Source: Kiritimatiellia bacterium
Lineage (GTDB): Bacteria; Verrucomicrobiota; Kiritimatiellia; RFP12; UBA1067
Reading direction: 5' to 3'
Length of the DNA: 39,894 bases
Assembly: GCA_051884935.1 (NCBI GenBank)
Contig: JBJEWG010000206.1
Span: forward strand, 1 to 39,894
In this document: piece by piece, positions 15,893 through 24,922 of the stretch
Layout of the letters: each line of letters opens with the position of its first letter
Numbering within the stretch: position 1 is the stretch's first letter
The notes under the pieces: model-generated
What the model saw: the letters and a program-made list of their open reading frames with translations, nothing else
Databases searched by the model: none
Told to the model about the DNA's origin: nothing
Program-made: the position numbers and the translations under genes

Positions 15893-17878
15893 ATGAGAAA
15901 GCTGATCTGGATCTGCGGCGCCGCGACGTGCGGCGCGTTGTGGGCGGGCGACCGGGATGCCGCGCTGCGGGCGGCCCAGGCGAAGGAGCGGGCGGGGCAG
16001 ACCGCCGAAGCCGTGCAGGAGTATGGAGGCGTCTACGCCGACGCGCAGGCGCCGGGCCATCAGCGCCTCGCGGCCCTCTGCGGGCTTCTGCGCACGGACG
16101 CCGCGCGCCGTCTCGAATGGAGCCGCGCGGGGCTTGGGAGCCCGGACGAGCTCTGGAGCGGCACGGTCGCGCAGGCGCTGGCCCTGTTGCCGCCGGAGGC
16201 GATCGACGCCGCCCGCGCCACGTGGATCAAGGAGCTGCCGCCCGCGTCGCTCCTCAAGGTGCTGAGGGCCGTCGTGCACGTGAAGAGCCCGGCGGCGAAG
16301 GCGTTCCTCGTGGACGCCCTCGGGAAGTCGCCGGACGCGGCCATCCGCCAGGCGGCGTTGGAGGGGACGGGGCGCGTGGGCACGGCGGAGGACGTGCCGC
16401 TGCTGCTGATCTGGATGGGCGGCGCGGATGCCGCAGCCGCCGAGGCCGCGCGCCGGGGGCTGATCCTGCTCGGCGACGCGAAGACGGACGCCGTCCTCGC
16501 CGGCCGGCTGAAGTCCTACGAGTCGAACCCCGCCTTCCTGGCGCGGCTCCTCGACGTGCTGGCGGTGCGCAACGCCCTGGGGCAGGCCGCGCAGATCGTG
16601 CCGTACCTCTGCCACGCGGACGAGGGGGTGCGCATTCAGGCGTTCCGGGCGCTCGGCCAGCAGGGGCAGTACGCCGAGCAGGCGGCCGTGCTGGCGGCGG
16701 CGATGAAGGCGAAGGGCGAGAAGGAGCGCCGCGAGGCGCGCAAGGCCGTGGCGAAGATCGCCCGGCGCGCGGGGGGCGTGCAGTTCAAGGCGCGGCGCAT
16801 CGGGAACTGCCGCACCGAGGCGTGCGGCGTGGCGGACTTCAACAACGACGGCAGGCCCGACGTGGTGGCGGGGCCGTTCCTCTACCTCGCGCCGGAGTTC
16901 CGCCCGCAGAAGGTCCGCGAGGTGAAGAGCGACGTCACGGAGGACGGCAAGGGCTACGCCCACGACTTCATGAACCTGCCGCTCGACGTGAACGCGGATG
17001 GCCGGCTCGACGTGGTGAGCGGCAACTGGTTCACGAAGGAGACGTGGTGGTTCCAGAACACGCTGCCGGGCGCGGACCTCTGGCCGACGCACGTGATCGA
17101 GCAGACGGGCAACATCGAGACGGGCATCCTCGTCGATCTCGACGGCGACGGGCGCGCGACGGACTTCCTGCCCGACACCCAGCTCACCTGCCTCTACCAG
17201 CTCGGGAAGGGCGGCGCGCTCGGTGGCTTCTTCGCGCGCGACTCGATTTCCAACGAGCGCTGCGACATGGGGCGCGGCTGCGGCGACCTCAACGGCGACG
17301 GCCGCAACGACATCCTCACGCCCGCGTACTGGTATGAGCGCTGCGCCGACGACTCCTGGAAGAGGCACCCGTATGACGTCGGCTTCTCGGACGGCGGCCG
17401 CGCGCTCGGGCACGCCTCGAACCTCATCGTGTTCGACGTGAACAAGGACGGCCTCAACGACGTGATCGTGAGCTCCGCCCACAAGTACGGCATCTTCTGG
17501 TACGAACAGCTCAAGGAGCGGGACGCCGCGGGCGAGATTCAGTTCAGGAAGCACGTGATCGACGACAGCTGGACGCAGGCGCACTACCTCGGCTGGGGCG
17601 ACATCGACGGCGACGGCGTGCCGGAGCTCATCACGGGCAAGCGCTTCATGGCGCACAACGGCAACGACCCCGACGAGTATGGCCGCCTCGGCATCTACTA
17701 CTACGACTTCACGCCGGGCGCGGACCCGGTGTTCAGGAAGTACGTGATCTCCTTCGACGCGGGCATCAGCGTAGGGCTCAACGTCGAATGCGTGGACCTC
17801 GACGGCGACGGCGACCTCGATCTGGTGACGACCGGCAAGTGGGGCGGCCCCGTGATCCTCGAAAACAAGACGAAGTAG
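15893..17878 (+). CDS. Secreted HEAT-like repeat plus FG-GAP/VCBS repeat (beta-propeller) protein
   Basis: 661 aa with a signal peptide. The N-terminal half is helical and Ala/Leu-rich. The C-terminal half carries seven Ca-binding FG-GAP-like motifs: DFNNDGRPDVV, DVNADGRLDVV, DLDGDGRATD, DLNGDGRNDIL, DVNKDGLNDVI, DIDGDGVPELI, DLDGDGDLDLV. Confidence 0.75.
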   Translation: MRKLIWICGAATCGALWAGDRDAALRAAQAKERAGQTAEAVQEYGGVYADAQAPGHQRLAALCGLLRTDAARRLEWSRAGLGSPDELWSGTVAQALALLPPEAIDAARATWIKELPPASLLKVLRAVVHVKSPAAKAFLVDALGKSPDAAIRQAALEGTGRVGTAEDVPLLLIWMGGADAAAAEAARRGLILLGDAKTDAVLAGRLKSYESNPAFLARLLDVLAVRNALGQAAQIVPYLCHADEGVRIQAFRALGQQGQYAEQAAVLAAAMKAKGEKERREARKAVAKIARRAGGVQFKARRIGNCRTEACGVADFNNDGRPDVVAGPFLYLAPEFRPQKVREVKSDVTEDGKGYAHDFMNLPLDVNADGRLDVVSGNWFTKETWWFQNTLPGADLWPTHVIEQTGNIETGILVDLDGDGRATDFLPDTQLTCLYQLGKGGALGGFFARDSISNERCDMGRGCGDLNGDGRNDILTPAYWYERCADDSWKRHPYDVGFSDGGRALGHASNLIVFDVNKDGLNDVIVSSAHKYGIFWYEQLKERDAAGEIQFRKHVIDDSWTQAHYLGWGDIDGDGVPELITGKRFMAHNGNDPDEYGRLGIYYYDFTPGADPVFRKYVISFDAGISVGLNVECVDLDGDGDLDLVTTGKWGGPVILENKTK

Positions 17879-17891
17879 GGCGGGGGACGCG

Positions 17892-18212
17892 ATGATCGGG
17901 CTTGTCGTCTCGGCCGCCGCCGGCATTCTCTCGCTGTTCCAGGACTTTGAGATCAGGCCCCGCACGGGCGAGTACTACCTTTCGACGCGGGTGCCCTACA
18001 CGGAGTCGTATGGCATGAGGTTCTACGACCTCGGCGCGGTGTGGGCCCACACGCTCGTTGCGCCGGTGGTGCTCTGTCCGCTCGGGTTGACGCTTGCCGC
18101 CGTTGACACTTACGCGCTCTCGCCGGTGTGGGATACGCTCTGCCTGCCCTACGACGCGATCAAGGCGTTCGAGCGCGATGCGGACGACGAGCCGCCCGCC
18201 GCCGTTCCCTGA
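17892..18212 (+). CDS. Small hydrophobic protein, YceK/YidQ (DUF1375)-like
   Basis: 106 aa. The C-terminal LGLTLAAVDTYALSPVWDTLCLPYD resembles the DUF1375 signature. It is tightly packed between operon genes. Confidence 0.4.
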   Translation: MIGLVVSAAAGILSLFQDFEIRPRTGEYYLSTRVPYTESYGMRFYDLGAVWAHTLVAPVVLCPLGLTLAAVDTYALSPVWDTLCLPYDAIKAFERDADDEPPAAVP

Positions 18213-18223
18213 GGCCCCTCGCC

Positions 18224-20413
18224 ATGCGCATTCCCATGTTCGGCCTCGCCGTCGCCCTCCTCTGCACGTTCGCGGCCGCCGCCGTGCCGCCCTATTCCTG
18301 CACGAGCTTCGTGCCGGGCGTGACGGGCGAGAGGACCGGGTTCATCCACATGGAGGAGAAGGACGGGCGCTGGTGGGCCATCGACCCGCTGGGGCGCGGC
18401 TTCTTCCTCGCGGGCATCCAGAGCGCGAACTACTCCGGCGTGCGGGACTTCCTCACGCAGCGCCTCTTCTACGCCGAGAACAACCGCAGGCGCTACGGAA
18501 CGCGCGCCGCCTGGGAGCGGGACTGCATCGACAAACTGACCGGCTGGGGCTTCAACATGCTCGGGCATGGCTGCGAGCGGGCCCTCGAACACCGCGGGCT
18601 CGTCCACGCCCGCCAGCTCGCCATGACGCAGCGCCTCTGCCAGAATCCGAAGGAGCCGGACCTCGCGATCTGCCTGGAGACGACGCCCGCCTGCTCGGCG
18701 TTCCCGAACGTCTTCCACCCCAACTTCGAGGCGCACTGCCGCGCGTTCGCCCAGACTCACTGCGCCCCCTCGAAGGACGACCCCTGGGTGGCGGGCTGGT
18801 TCATCGACAACGAGCTCGCCTGGTGGGGCGACCGCGAGGCGCGCTACCAGCCGCGCTGCAACGGGCTCTACGAGACGGTGGCGCGTCTGCCCGAGACGCA
18901 CAGCGCGCGCGTGGCCCTGAATGCGTTCCTCGCGGCGCGCGGCGTCAAGCCGGGTGGGACGGTGCCCGACGCACTCAAGCGCGCGTTCCTGCTCCATGTG
19001 GCCGAACGCTACTTCTCCGTCACCGCGCGGGCGATCCGGGCCGCCGACCCGAACCACATGCTGCTCGGGGCGCGCTTCGCCGGCATCTGGGGCGCGGTCG
19101 ATCCGGAGGTGTTCGCCATCGCCGCGCGCCACTCGGACGTGATCACGTTCAACTGCTACCCGTGGGTGGACCTCGACACGAACGAGGTGTTCGTCCGGCA
19201 GGGCGGCGAGCGCGTGGAGGCGGCGTTCGGCGCGGTCTACCAGATCGCGAGGAAGCCGATCCTGATCACCGAGTGGAGCTTCCCCGCCCTCGACGCGGGG
19301 CTGCCGTGCGCGGGGGGCGCGGGGCAGCGCTTCGCCACGCAGGCCCTGCGCGCGCAGGCGAGCGAGGTCTGGATGCGGACCCTGCTGGTGCTGCCCTACG
19401 TCGCCGGCTGGAACTACTTCCGCTGGGTCGATCAGCCCGCGAGCGGCATCGCGCGCCACAACCGCGAGGACACGAACTACGGCCTCGTGAACGAGCGGAA
19501 CGAGCCCTACCAGCCCCTCGTCGATGTCTTCACGCGCCTCCAGAGGAACGTCGCGGCGTATCGGAGCCAGCCGCCGCCGCAGAGGAAGGCGGCCCCGGCG
19601 GCGGAGGACCCCCGGCACGCCCTCGACGCGATCGCGCCCGCCGAGCGGGTGACGTTCAGGCAGGCGGGCGATGCGTTCACGGTGGACGCGGGCGGCGGGT
19701 TCGTCTGCCGCGGGCGGAAGGGGGCGGAACGGATGCTGGAGGCCCTGACCCTCGGGACGCGGCGGATCGGGTCCTACGGCGGGATGATGAGCTATCACCG
19801 CGACGGCGGGCGGAAGGTCTGGCTTGAGGCCCGACGTCTCACGGACGTCGCCTGGCGCGACCTCCCGAACGGGCGCGGCGAGCTCACCGTGCGCGCCGAG
19901 GCGGCGGACGAGCGAGTTTCCTTCGCGCTCACGCACCGCCTCACGTTCGTGCCGGGCGCGACGAAGTTCCTCTGCGAATGCGTCCGGGTGGAGAATCTGG
20001 GGGAGGAGCCGATCGAGATCGACCGAATCTACTTCCGGCTGTATCCGGCCTTCGCCGTCTCCCGGCAGGAGGGCGCCGTGGCCGCGCCGCCCGTCTGGAA
20101 GATGCAGCGTCAGGCCGCATGGACGAGCCCGAAGGGAATGATGCTCGGCGCATCGACCACGGCCGGAAACGTCGGCGTGTTCAGGTTCTACACGGACGCG
20201 AAGGAGGCGCCGCATCCGGATATGGGTTTCTTCCCGGGAGCGAATCGCACGCTGGCCGGGCGGACGGGTTTCACGCCGGAGACGCCGATGTGGATTCTCG
20301 CGACGGTTGCCGCCGTGGGGGATGGCCCGCTTCCGCCCGAACCGATGTTCACGCCCGAGCAGGTGAAGGCGATCGCCGACGGGTGGGAGGCGAAGAAGAG
20401 AGCGTCGAATTGA
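18224..20413 (+). CDS. Secreted glycoside hydrolase, clan GH-A (TIM-barrel)-like, family unassigned
   Basis: ATG 18224 gives a signal peptide (MRIPMFGLAVALLCTFAAAA). FIDNELAWWG is acid/base-like and ILITEWSFPALD is nucleophile-like, in the spacing typical of clan GH-A. The C-terminal half is unassigned. Confidence 0.7.
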   Translation: MRIPMFGLAVALLCTFAAAAVPPYSCTSFVPGVTGERTGFIHMEEKDGRWWAIDPLGRGFFLAGIQSANYSGVRDFLTQRLFYAENNRRRYGTRAAWERDCIDKLTGWGFNMLGHGCERALEHRGLVHARQLAMTQRLCQNPKEPDLAICLETTPACSAFPNVFHPNFEAHCRAFAQTHCAPSKDDPWVAGWFIDNELAWWGDREARYQPRCNGLYETVARLPETHSARVALNAFLAARGVKPGGTVPDALKRAFLLHVAERYFSVTARAIRAADPNHMLLGARFAGIWGAVDPEVFAIAARHSDVITFNCYPWVDLDTNEVFVRQGGERVEAAFGAVYQIARKPILITEWSFPALDAGLPCAGGAGQRFATQALRAQASEVWMRTLLVLPYVAGWNYFRWVDQPASGIARHNREDTNYGLVNERNEPYQPLVDVFTRLQRNVAAYRSQPPPQRKAAPAAEDPRHALDAIAPAERVTFRQAGDAFTVDAGGGFVCRGRKGAERMLEALTLGTRRIGSYGGMMSYHRDGGRKVWLEARRLTDVAWRDLPNGRGELTVRAEAADERVSFALTHRLTFVPGATKFLCECVRVENLGEEPIEIDRIYFRLYPAFAVSRQEGAVAAPPVWKMQRQAAWTSPKGMMLGASTTAGNVGVFRFYTDAKEAPHPDMGFFPGANRTLAGRTGFTPETPMWILATVAAVGDGPLPPEPMFTPEQVKAIADGWEAKKRASN

Positions 20414-20454
20414 CGCACATGGCCCGTGGAGTGTGTCATTCTGACACACCGACT

Positions 20455-20593
20455 CCGAGTTGTGCCGATGAGCGACCCCGAGTTATGCCGATGACCGACC
20501 CCGAGTTATGCCGATGAGCCGACCCGAGTTATGCCGATGAGCGACCCCGAGTTATGCCGATGACCAACCCCGAGTTATGCCGATGACTCGACC
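20455..20593. repeat. Six tandem copies of a 23-bp repeat (CCGAGTTATGCCGATGAsCGAcC)
   Basis: CCGAGTT recurs at 20455, 20478, 20501, 20524, 20547 and 20570, an exact 23-bp period. The units are contiguous with no unique spacers. Confidence 0.9.
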
Positions 20594-20608
20594 TCGACCG
20601 ATTTGAAG

Positions 20609-21130
20609 ACTCCGAGCGTTTGCAAAGGGCGGTTCTAACGAACCGCCTGAGGCTTCGCAACGCCACAACGACATTTATTTGACAAAACAATGGCCAAATC
20701 CACTCCTTATAATGGAGAATCGGCCTAATTCCTTATAATAAGAGGCAAACACATTCCTTATAGTAGGAGGCTGGCCCGTTCCTCATAATAGGGGGCTGGC
20801 TCGCTCCTTATAATAGAGGATTGGCTCATTCTTTCTAATAAAGGCTGCCTATACCTTATATATGCCAGCGAATACCCAGCGGCATAGTAGGGAATTGGCC
20901 TTTCCTTATATATATAGGCAGATGGCCAATAGCGGCGGACTTTCGTCCGCCGGACAGAACAACACATAAAACCCGTTTCACGCCCCGGCGTCGAAGACGC
21001 CGACCAAAGGCTTAACCCGATTCAGCCAGTCAACCCAAGACCAAACCCCATTTAAGTCCAATAAAAGTCGTTGAGGAGGCGCAAAGCATCAGGCGGTTCG
21101 TTAGAACCGCCCTTTGCAAACGCTCGGAGT
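20609..21130. repeat. Inverted-repeat-bounded non-coding element, copy 2 (522 bp)
   Basis: Arms 20609-20672 and 21067-21130 are reverse complements with 58 of 64 positions matching, and the outer 42 nt are perfect. The arms share ordered sequence blocks with copy 1. The interior is AT-rich and non-coding. Confidence 0.7.
20692..20930. repeat. About 9 phased 25-bp units (GGCY-N4-6-TCCTTATAATAGGAGG-like) inside element copy 2
   Basis: CCTTATA-like cores occur at 20705, 20731, 20756, 20781, 20806, 20831, 20854, a degenerate one near 20880, and 20904. Spacing is 23-26 bp. Confidence 0.75.
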
Positions 21131-21156
21131 TTTCATTCTCCCGGAAGCCGGCCGCC

Positions 21157-22509
21157 TCAGGTCCGCTTCTTGTAGGCATCCGCGCGCAGGTTCCAGAGCA
21201 GCAGGAAGAGCACGCCCCCCGCAAGCGCCACGCCCGTGACCACGAGCACCGGCATCTGCCATCCGCCGCCCCGCTGCGCGAGATCGCCGCAAACCTTGCC
21301 GCTCACCGATACGCCGATATACGAGAACAGCGAGATGAACCCGATCGACGTGCCCGCATACGCCTTCGTGGACGTATTGGTGGCCGTCACGCCCGTGAGC
21401 GCCTGCGGTCCGTACAGGCAGAACCCCGCCGCGCAGAGCGCCGCCGCCCCCAGAAAGCCCGTGCCGCCGCCGGAGGGCAGAAACCAGAACGCCGCGATCA
21501 GCCCGCCCGTCAGCGCCATCAGAAACACGCAGAGCCGCGGCGCGCGTCCCCCGAAGAGCCGGTCCGTCGCCCATCCCGCGAACAGCATTCCCGCGATGCC
21601 CGCGAACTCGAACCACATGATCACCGACCCCGCCTCGCTCGACGTGAGCCCCTTCGCCTCCTGCAGCAGCGTCGGCCCCCAGTCCGCCACGAGGGCCCTC
21701 ACCGCGTTGATTGCGAAGTTGCACAGCCCCAGCATCCAGATGGCCGGGTTCAGGAACACCGCCCGCGCCCGCGTCCGGTGCGTCCCCGTCGCGGGCGCGT
21801 CGTCCGCGCGCGGGGACGCCTCCTCCGTTCCCGGCAGATCGGGCAGACCCTCCTCCTTCGGCAGGCCCGGCAGGAAGAGCCACATCAGCGCCAACCCCAG
21901 CGCGCCGAGCGCGGCCATCGACCAGAAGCACCACCGCCACATCCCCACGCCCTGGTTCGCCACCCCCACCACGCCAAGCCCCATGATCACGCCGCACACC
22001 TTCGCGACGAGGCCGCCGCCGATCGAGTGGGACGTGTTCCACACGCCCATCTTCGTGGCCAGCTCCTTCGGCGGCACCCAGTGGGCGATCAGCTTCGCAC
22101 ACGGCGGGAAACCCGTCCCCTGGAAGAACTGGTTCAGCACCAGCAGGCCGCCGAACGTCCACGCGAGCGTCGTCGCGTCGCCCCCCGCGAAGCGCGGCGC
22201 GAAGCCGAAGGCCACGTTCACGAGCGTGCAGGCCGCGAGGCCGAGGCAGAGCATCTTCTTCGGGCTGCACGCATCGCCGATCACGCCGTTCAGGAACTTC
22301 GAGAGCCCGTAGACGATCCCGCCCCAGAAGAGGAAGTTCCCCAGCATCGACTTCGAGATGCCGCAGTCCTGCTGCAGGCCCGGCATCGCGAAGGAGAAGT
22401 TCTTCCGCATGAAGTAGAAGAGCGTGTAGCCCACCATCGTGGCGATCAGCATCCGCCACTGCATCCGCCCGAACGTCCGGTTCGTCCGCTCGTCGTCGAA
22501 GAGCCGCAT
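21157..22509 (-). CDS. MFS transporter, organophosphate:Pi antiporter (GlpT/UhpC) family
   Basis: 450 aa. The N-terminus (WRMLIATMVGYTLFYFMRKNFSFAMP) and overall 12-TM layout are typical of the OPA family. Confidence 0.85.
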   Translation of the reverse strand: MRLFDDERTNRTFGRMQWRMLIATMVGYTLFYFMRKNFSFAMPGLQQDCGISKSMLGNFLFWGGIVYGLSKFLNGVIGDACSPKKMLCLGLAACTLVNVAFGFAPRFAGGDATTLAWTFGGLLVLNQFFQGTGFPPCAKLIAHWVPPKELATKMGVWNTSHSIGGGLVAKVCGVIMGLGVVGVANQGVGMWRWCFWSMAALGALGLALMWLFLPGLPKEEGLPDLPGTEEASPRADDAPATGTHRTRARAVFLNPAIWMLGLCNFAINAVRALVADWGPTLLQEAKGLTSSEAGSVIMWFEFAGIAGMLFAGWATDRLFGGRAPRLCVFLMALTGGLIAAFWFLPSGGGTGFLGAAALCAAGFCLYGPQALTGVTATNTSTKAYAGTSIGFISLFSYIGVSVSGKVCGDLAQRGGGWQMPVLVVTGVALAGGVLFLLLWNLRADAYKKRT

Positions 22510-22516
22510 GGGGCGC

Positions 22517-24922
22517 CTACTCCCCGCACTCGGTGGCGTAGTCGGGCAGCCAGGTCTTCACGTCGGCCCACCGGAACGGCGGCTCGCCGTAGAGGAAGTG
22601 GTTGCGGAACGGCCGACCGTCGAGCGTCGCCTCGATCATCGCCACGCCCTGCCCCTTGAAGGGGATCGTGCCGAGCGCGCGCTTGCCGTTCGCGGGAATC
22701 TCGAAGTCCCTCTCCAGCCACACCGCGCCCGTCGCCCGGTCGAACACCTTCACCCGCCCCTTCACGGCGCGGCGCGCGTCGTTGACCGCCCAGGCCGTGT
22801 GGTCGTCCACCACGCAGACCATCTGGTCCTTCTGCGCGTTCTTGAGCGCGTAGTAGGCCTTCTTCCGGCCGCCGTAGTAGTCCACCACGGCGTCCGAGAT
22901 GATCGGCCAGCCGTCGCGCACGTTCCACCAGATGAGTCCGTTGAAGCGCGTGAACTTGCGGCTGCGGAACAGCTCGCAGAACGTCTTCATCGCCTCGGCC
23001 TGCACGACCTGGCTCTGTTCCACGAAGCCCTCCACGTCCCGCGCGACCGCGCCGAACATGATCTTCGCCTGGTTCGTCATCAGGTTGTTGCGCGTGCCGT
23101 GGCGCATCACGCCCGGCCTGAGGCCCGCGTTGCACGCCTTGAGCTGCCACTCGTCGTTCCAGTGGAAGTCCCGGTGCGGGTCGGCGCCGTCGTTCGTGAC
23201 CTCCGTCCAGGGCGAGACGCAGCCGGGCGACATCATCCTCTTCAGGGAGTCGAGGTTCGGGCAGCCGTGATACCCCATCTCGCTCGCGAACCAGCACGGG
23301 CTGTTCGTGTAGAACGGCACCTTGTAGTAGGCGCGCGCGCCCCAGAGATGGTCCTCGCTCGGCTTCGCCCGGCCCGCCGCCACGTCCGGCGAGTAGTACG
23401 GCGAGCTCGGCAGATACGGCCGCGTGAGGTCGTGTTCGAAGAGCACGTCCGGGATCGTCCGGCGCGAGTTGCGGTCGAGGTTCGGGTCGCGGTGGAGCTT
23501 CTCGCCGACGAACCAGATGAACGCGCCGTCGTTCTCGTTGTTGCCGCTCCAGAGGGCGATCGAGGGGTGGTTGCGGTGGCGGATCACCGTCGCGAGCACC
23601 TCCTCGCGCGTCGCCCGCGCGTAGTCGTCGTCCTGCGGGAACACGCCGCAGCCGGTCATGAAGTCCTGCCACACCATCACGCCGTTCGCGTCGCACCAGT
23701 CGAAGAACGCATCCGGCTCGTAGACGCCGCCGCCCCACACGCGCACCATGTTGCAATTGAGGTCGCGCCACAGCTCCAGCGTGGGGATGAGATGCCGCGC
23801 GTCGCGCCCGTGGAAGCTGTCCAGCGGCACCCAGTTGGAGCCACGCACGTAGGTGGGCTCGCCGTTGACCTTGAAGAGGAACTGCCCGGGGCGCTCCGGA
23901 CCGTACACGTCGTCGCGCACGAGCTCGATCGAGCGGATGCCGATCTTCCGCGCGTCCCGCGCGAGCACCGTGCCGTCCGCCGCCACAATCTCGGCGACGG
24001 CGTCGTAGAGCACCGGCTCGCCGCTGCCCCTCGGCCACCAGAGATCGACGTCGTCCACGCGGAAGTCCGCAATCGGATGATACGAGTACACCGGGAAGTC
24101 GGCGACCGTGCGCGTCTTCCCGCCGCAGGAGAGCGTGAGGCGCAGGTTCGCGTGGTCGATCACGCGGAACGGGGCCTCAAGGCGGGACCGGAACTTGTAC
24201 TCCGCCCGGCGCCGCTTCACGTCGAGGCTCTTCATCATCCACACGCACTCCTTCAGCCGCACGGGGTCGGAGACCTCAAGCGCCACGCTCCGCCAGAGCC
24301 CCTGCGCGAAGACGCGCGGGAAGATGTCCCAGCCGCCCATGTGCGCCGCCTTGCGGTAGCGCTCGCCGTCCGCGCCGGGCTCGCTCGCGCCCCCCATCTC
24401 GCCCACCGTCGCGAACTGCGCGTCGAGCAGCACGGGGCGCAGCAGCACCTGGACGACGTTCGCGCCCGGCTTCAGCCGCTTCGTCACGTCGAAGCGCCGC
24501 TCGATGAGCATGTTCGCGCTCTCGCCGATCTTCTCGCCGTTCAGAAACACGTCCGCCAGCGTGTCGATGCCGCCGAAGACGAGCTCCGCGCGCGCGCCGG
24601 CCTTCGCGTCCACCGCCGGCGCCTCGAAGGTCTTCGTGTAGAGCCACTGGTACGCCTCATACGGACGCAGCTTCAACACGTTGAGCCCCACCTCCGGCGG
24701 CGGCAGAAGCCCCGCCGTCACGAGGTCCAGCTCGCAGTTGCCCGGCACCGTCGCCGCGACGGACTTCGCGCCGACCTCCGCCGGCAGCGGCACCGACCTC
24801 ACCGCGCCGTCGTCCGGCTGCGGGAAGTAGTCCAGCCGCCACGACCCGTCGAGGCTCACGCGCGTCGCGCCGAACACCCCCGCCGCGCACGCGGCCACCA
24901 GCGCCAGGGCACACGCTCTCAT
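22517..24922 (-). CDS. GH2-family beta-mannosidase-like glycoside hydrolase, secreted
   Basis: ATG 24922 gives the signal peptide MRACALALVAACAAGVFG and overlaps the upstream stop as ATGA. GH2/beta-mannosidase-like blocks are present: VNGEPTYVRGSNWVPLDSF, NMVRVWGGGVYE, VWQDFM, HPSIALWSGNNE. The 1074-aa track ORF is a run-on into the upstream gene's alternative frame. Confidence 0.85.
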   Translation of the reverse strand: MRACALALVAACAAGVFGATRVSLDGSWRLDYFPQPDDGAVRSVPLPAEVGAKSVAATVPGNCELDLVTAGLLPPPEVGLNVLKLRPYEAYQWLYTKTFEAPAVDAKAGARAELVFGGIDTLADVFLNGEKIGESANMLIERRFDVTKRLKPGANVVQVLLRPVLLDAQFATVGEMGGASEPGADGERYRKAAHMGGWDIFPRVFAQGLWRSVALEVSDPVRLKECVWMMKSLDVKRRRAEYKFRSRLEAPFRVIDHANLRLTLSCGGKTRTVADFPVYSYHPIADFRVDDVDLWWPRGSGEPVLYDAVAEIVAADGTVLARDARKIGIRSIELVRDDVYGPERPGQFLFKVNGEPTYVRGSNWVPLDSFHGRDARHLIPTLELWRDLNCNMVRVWGGGVYEPDAFFDWCDANGVMVWQDFMTGCGVFPQDDDYARATREEVLATVIRHRNHPSIALWSGNNENDGAFIWFVGEKLHRDPNLDRNSRRTIPDVLFEHDLTRPYLPSSPYYSPDVAAGRAKPSEDHLWGARAYYKVPFYTNSPCWFASEMGYHGCPNLDSLKRMMSPGCVSPWTEVTNDGADPHRDFHWNDEWQLKACNAGLRPGVMRHGTRNNLMTNQAKIMFGAVARDVEGFVEQSQVVQAEAMKTFCELFRSRKFTRFNGLIWWNVRDGWPIISDAVVDYYGGRKKAYYALKNAQKDQMVCVVDDHTAWAVNDARRAVKGRVKVFDRATGAVWLERDFEIPANGKRALGTIPFKGQGVAMIEATLDGRPFRNHFLYGEPPFRWADVKTWLPDYATECGE

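Noticed and set aside
20455-20930. Possible CRISPR array (regular 23-bp and 25-bp repeats)
   Set aside because: The units are directly contiguous, so there are no unique spacers of about 30 bp between them. The repeats are degenerate, not identical, and there are no cas genes in the window.
20609-21130. Chromosomal or plasmid replication origin
   Set aside because: The iteron-like array plus AT-rich stretch is suggestive. However, I see no DnaA boxes (TTATCCACA-like), no rep, dnaA, dnaN or par genes nearby, and the site lies between convergent metabolic genes. The idea is kept only as one hypothesis within the array finding.
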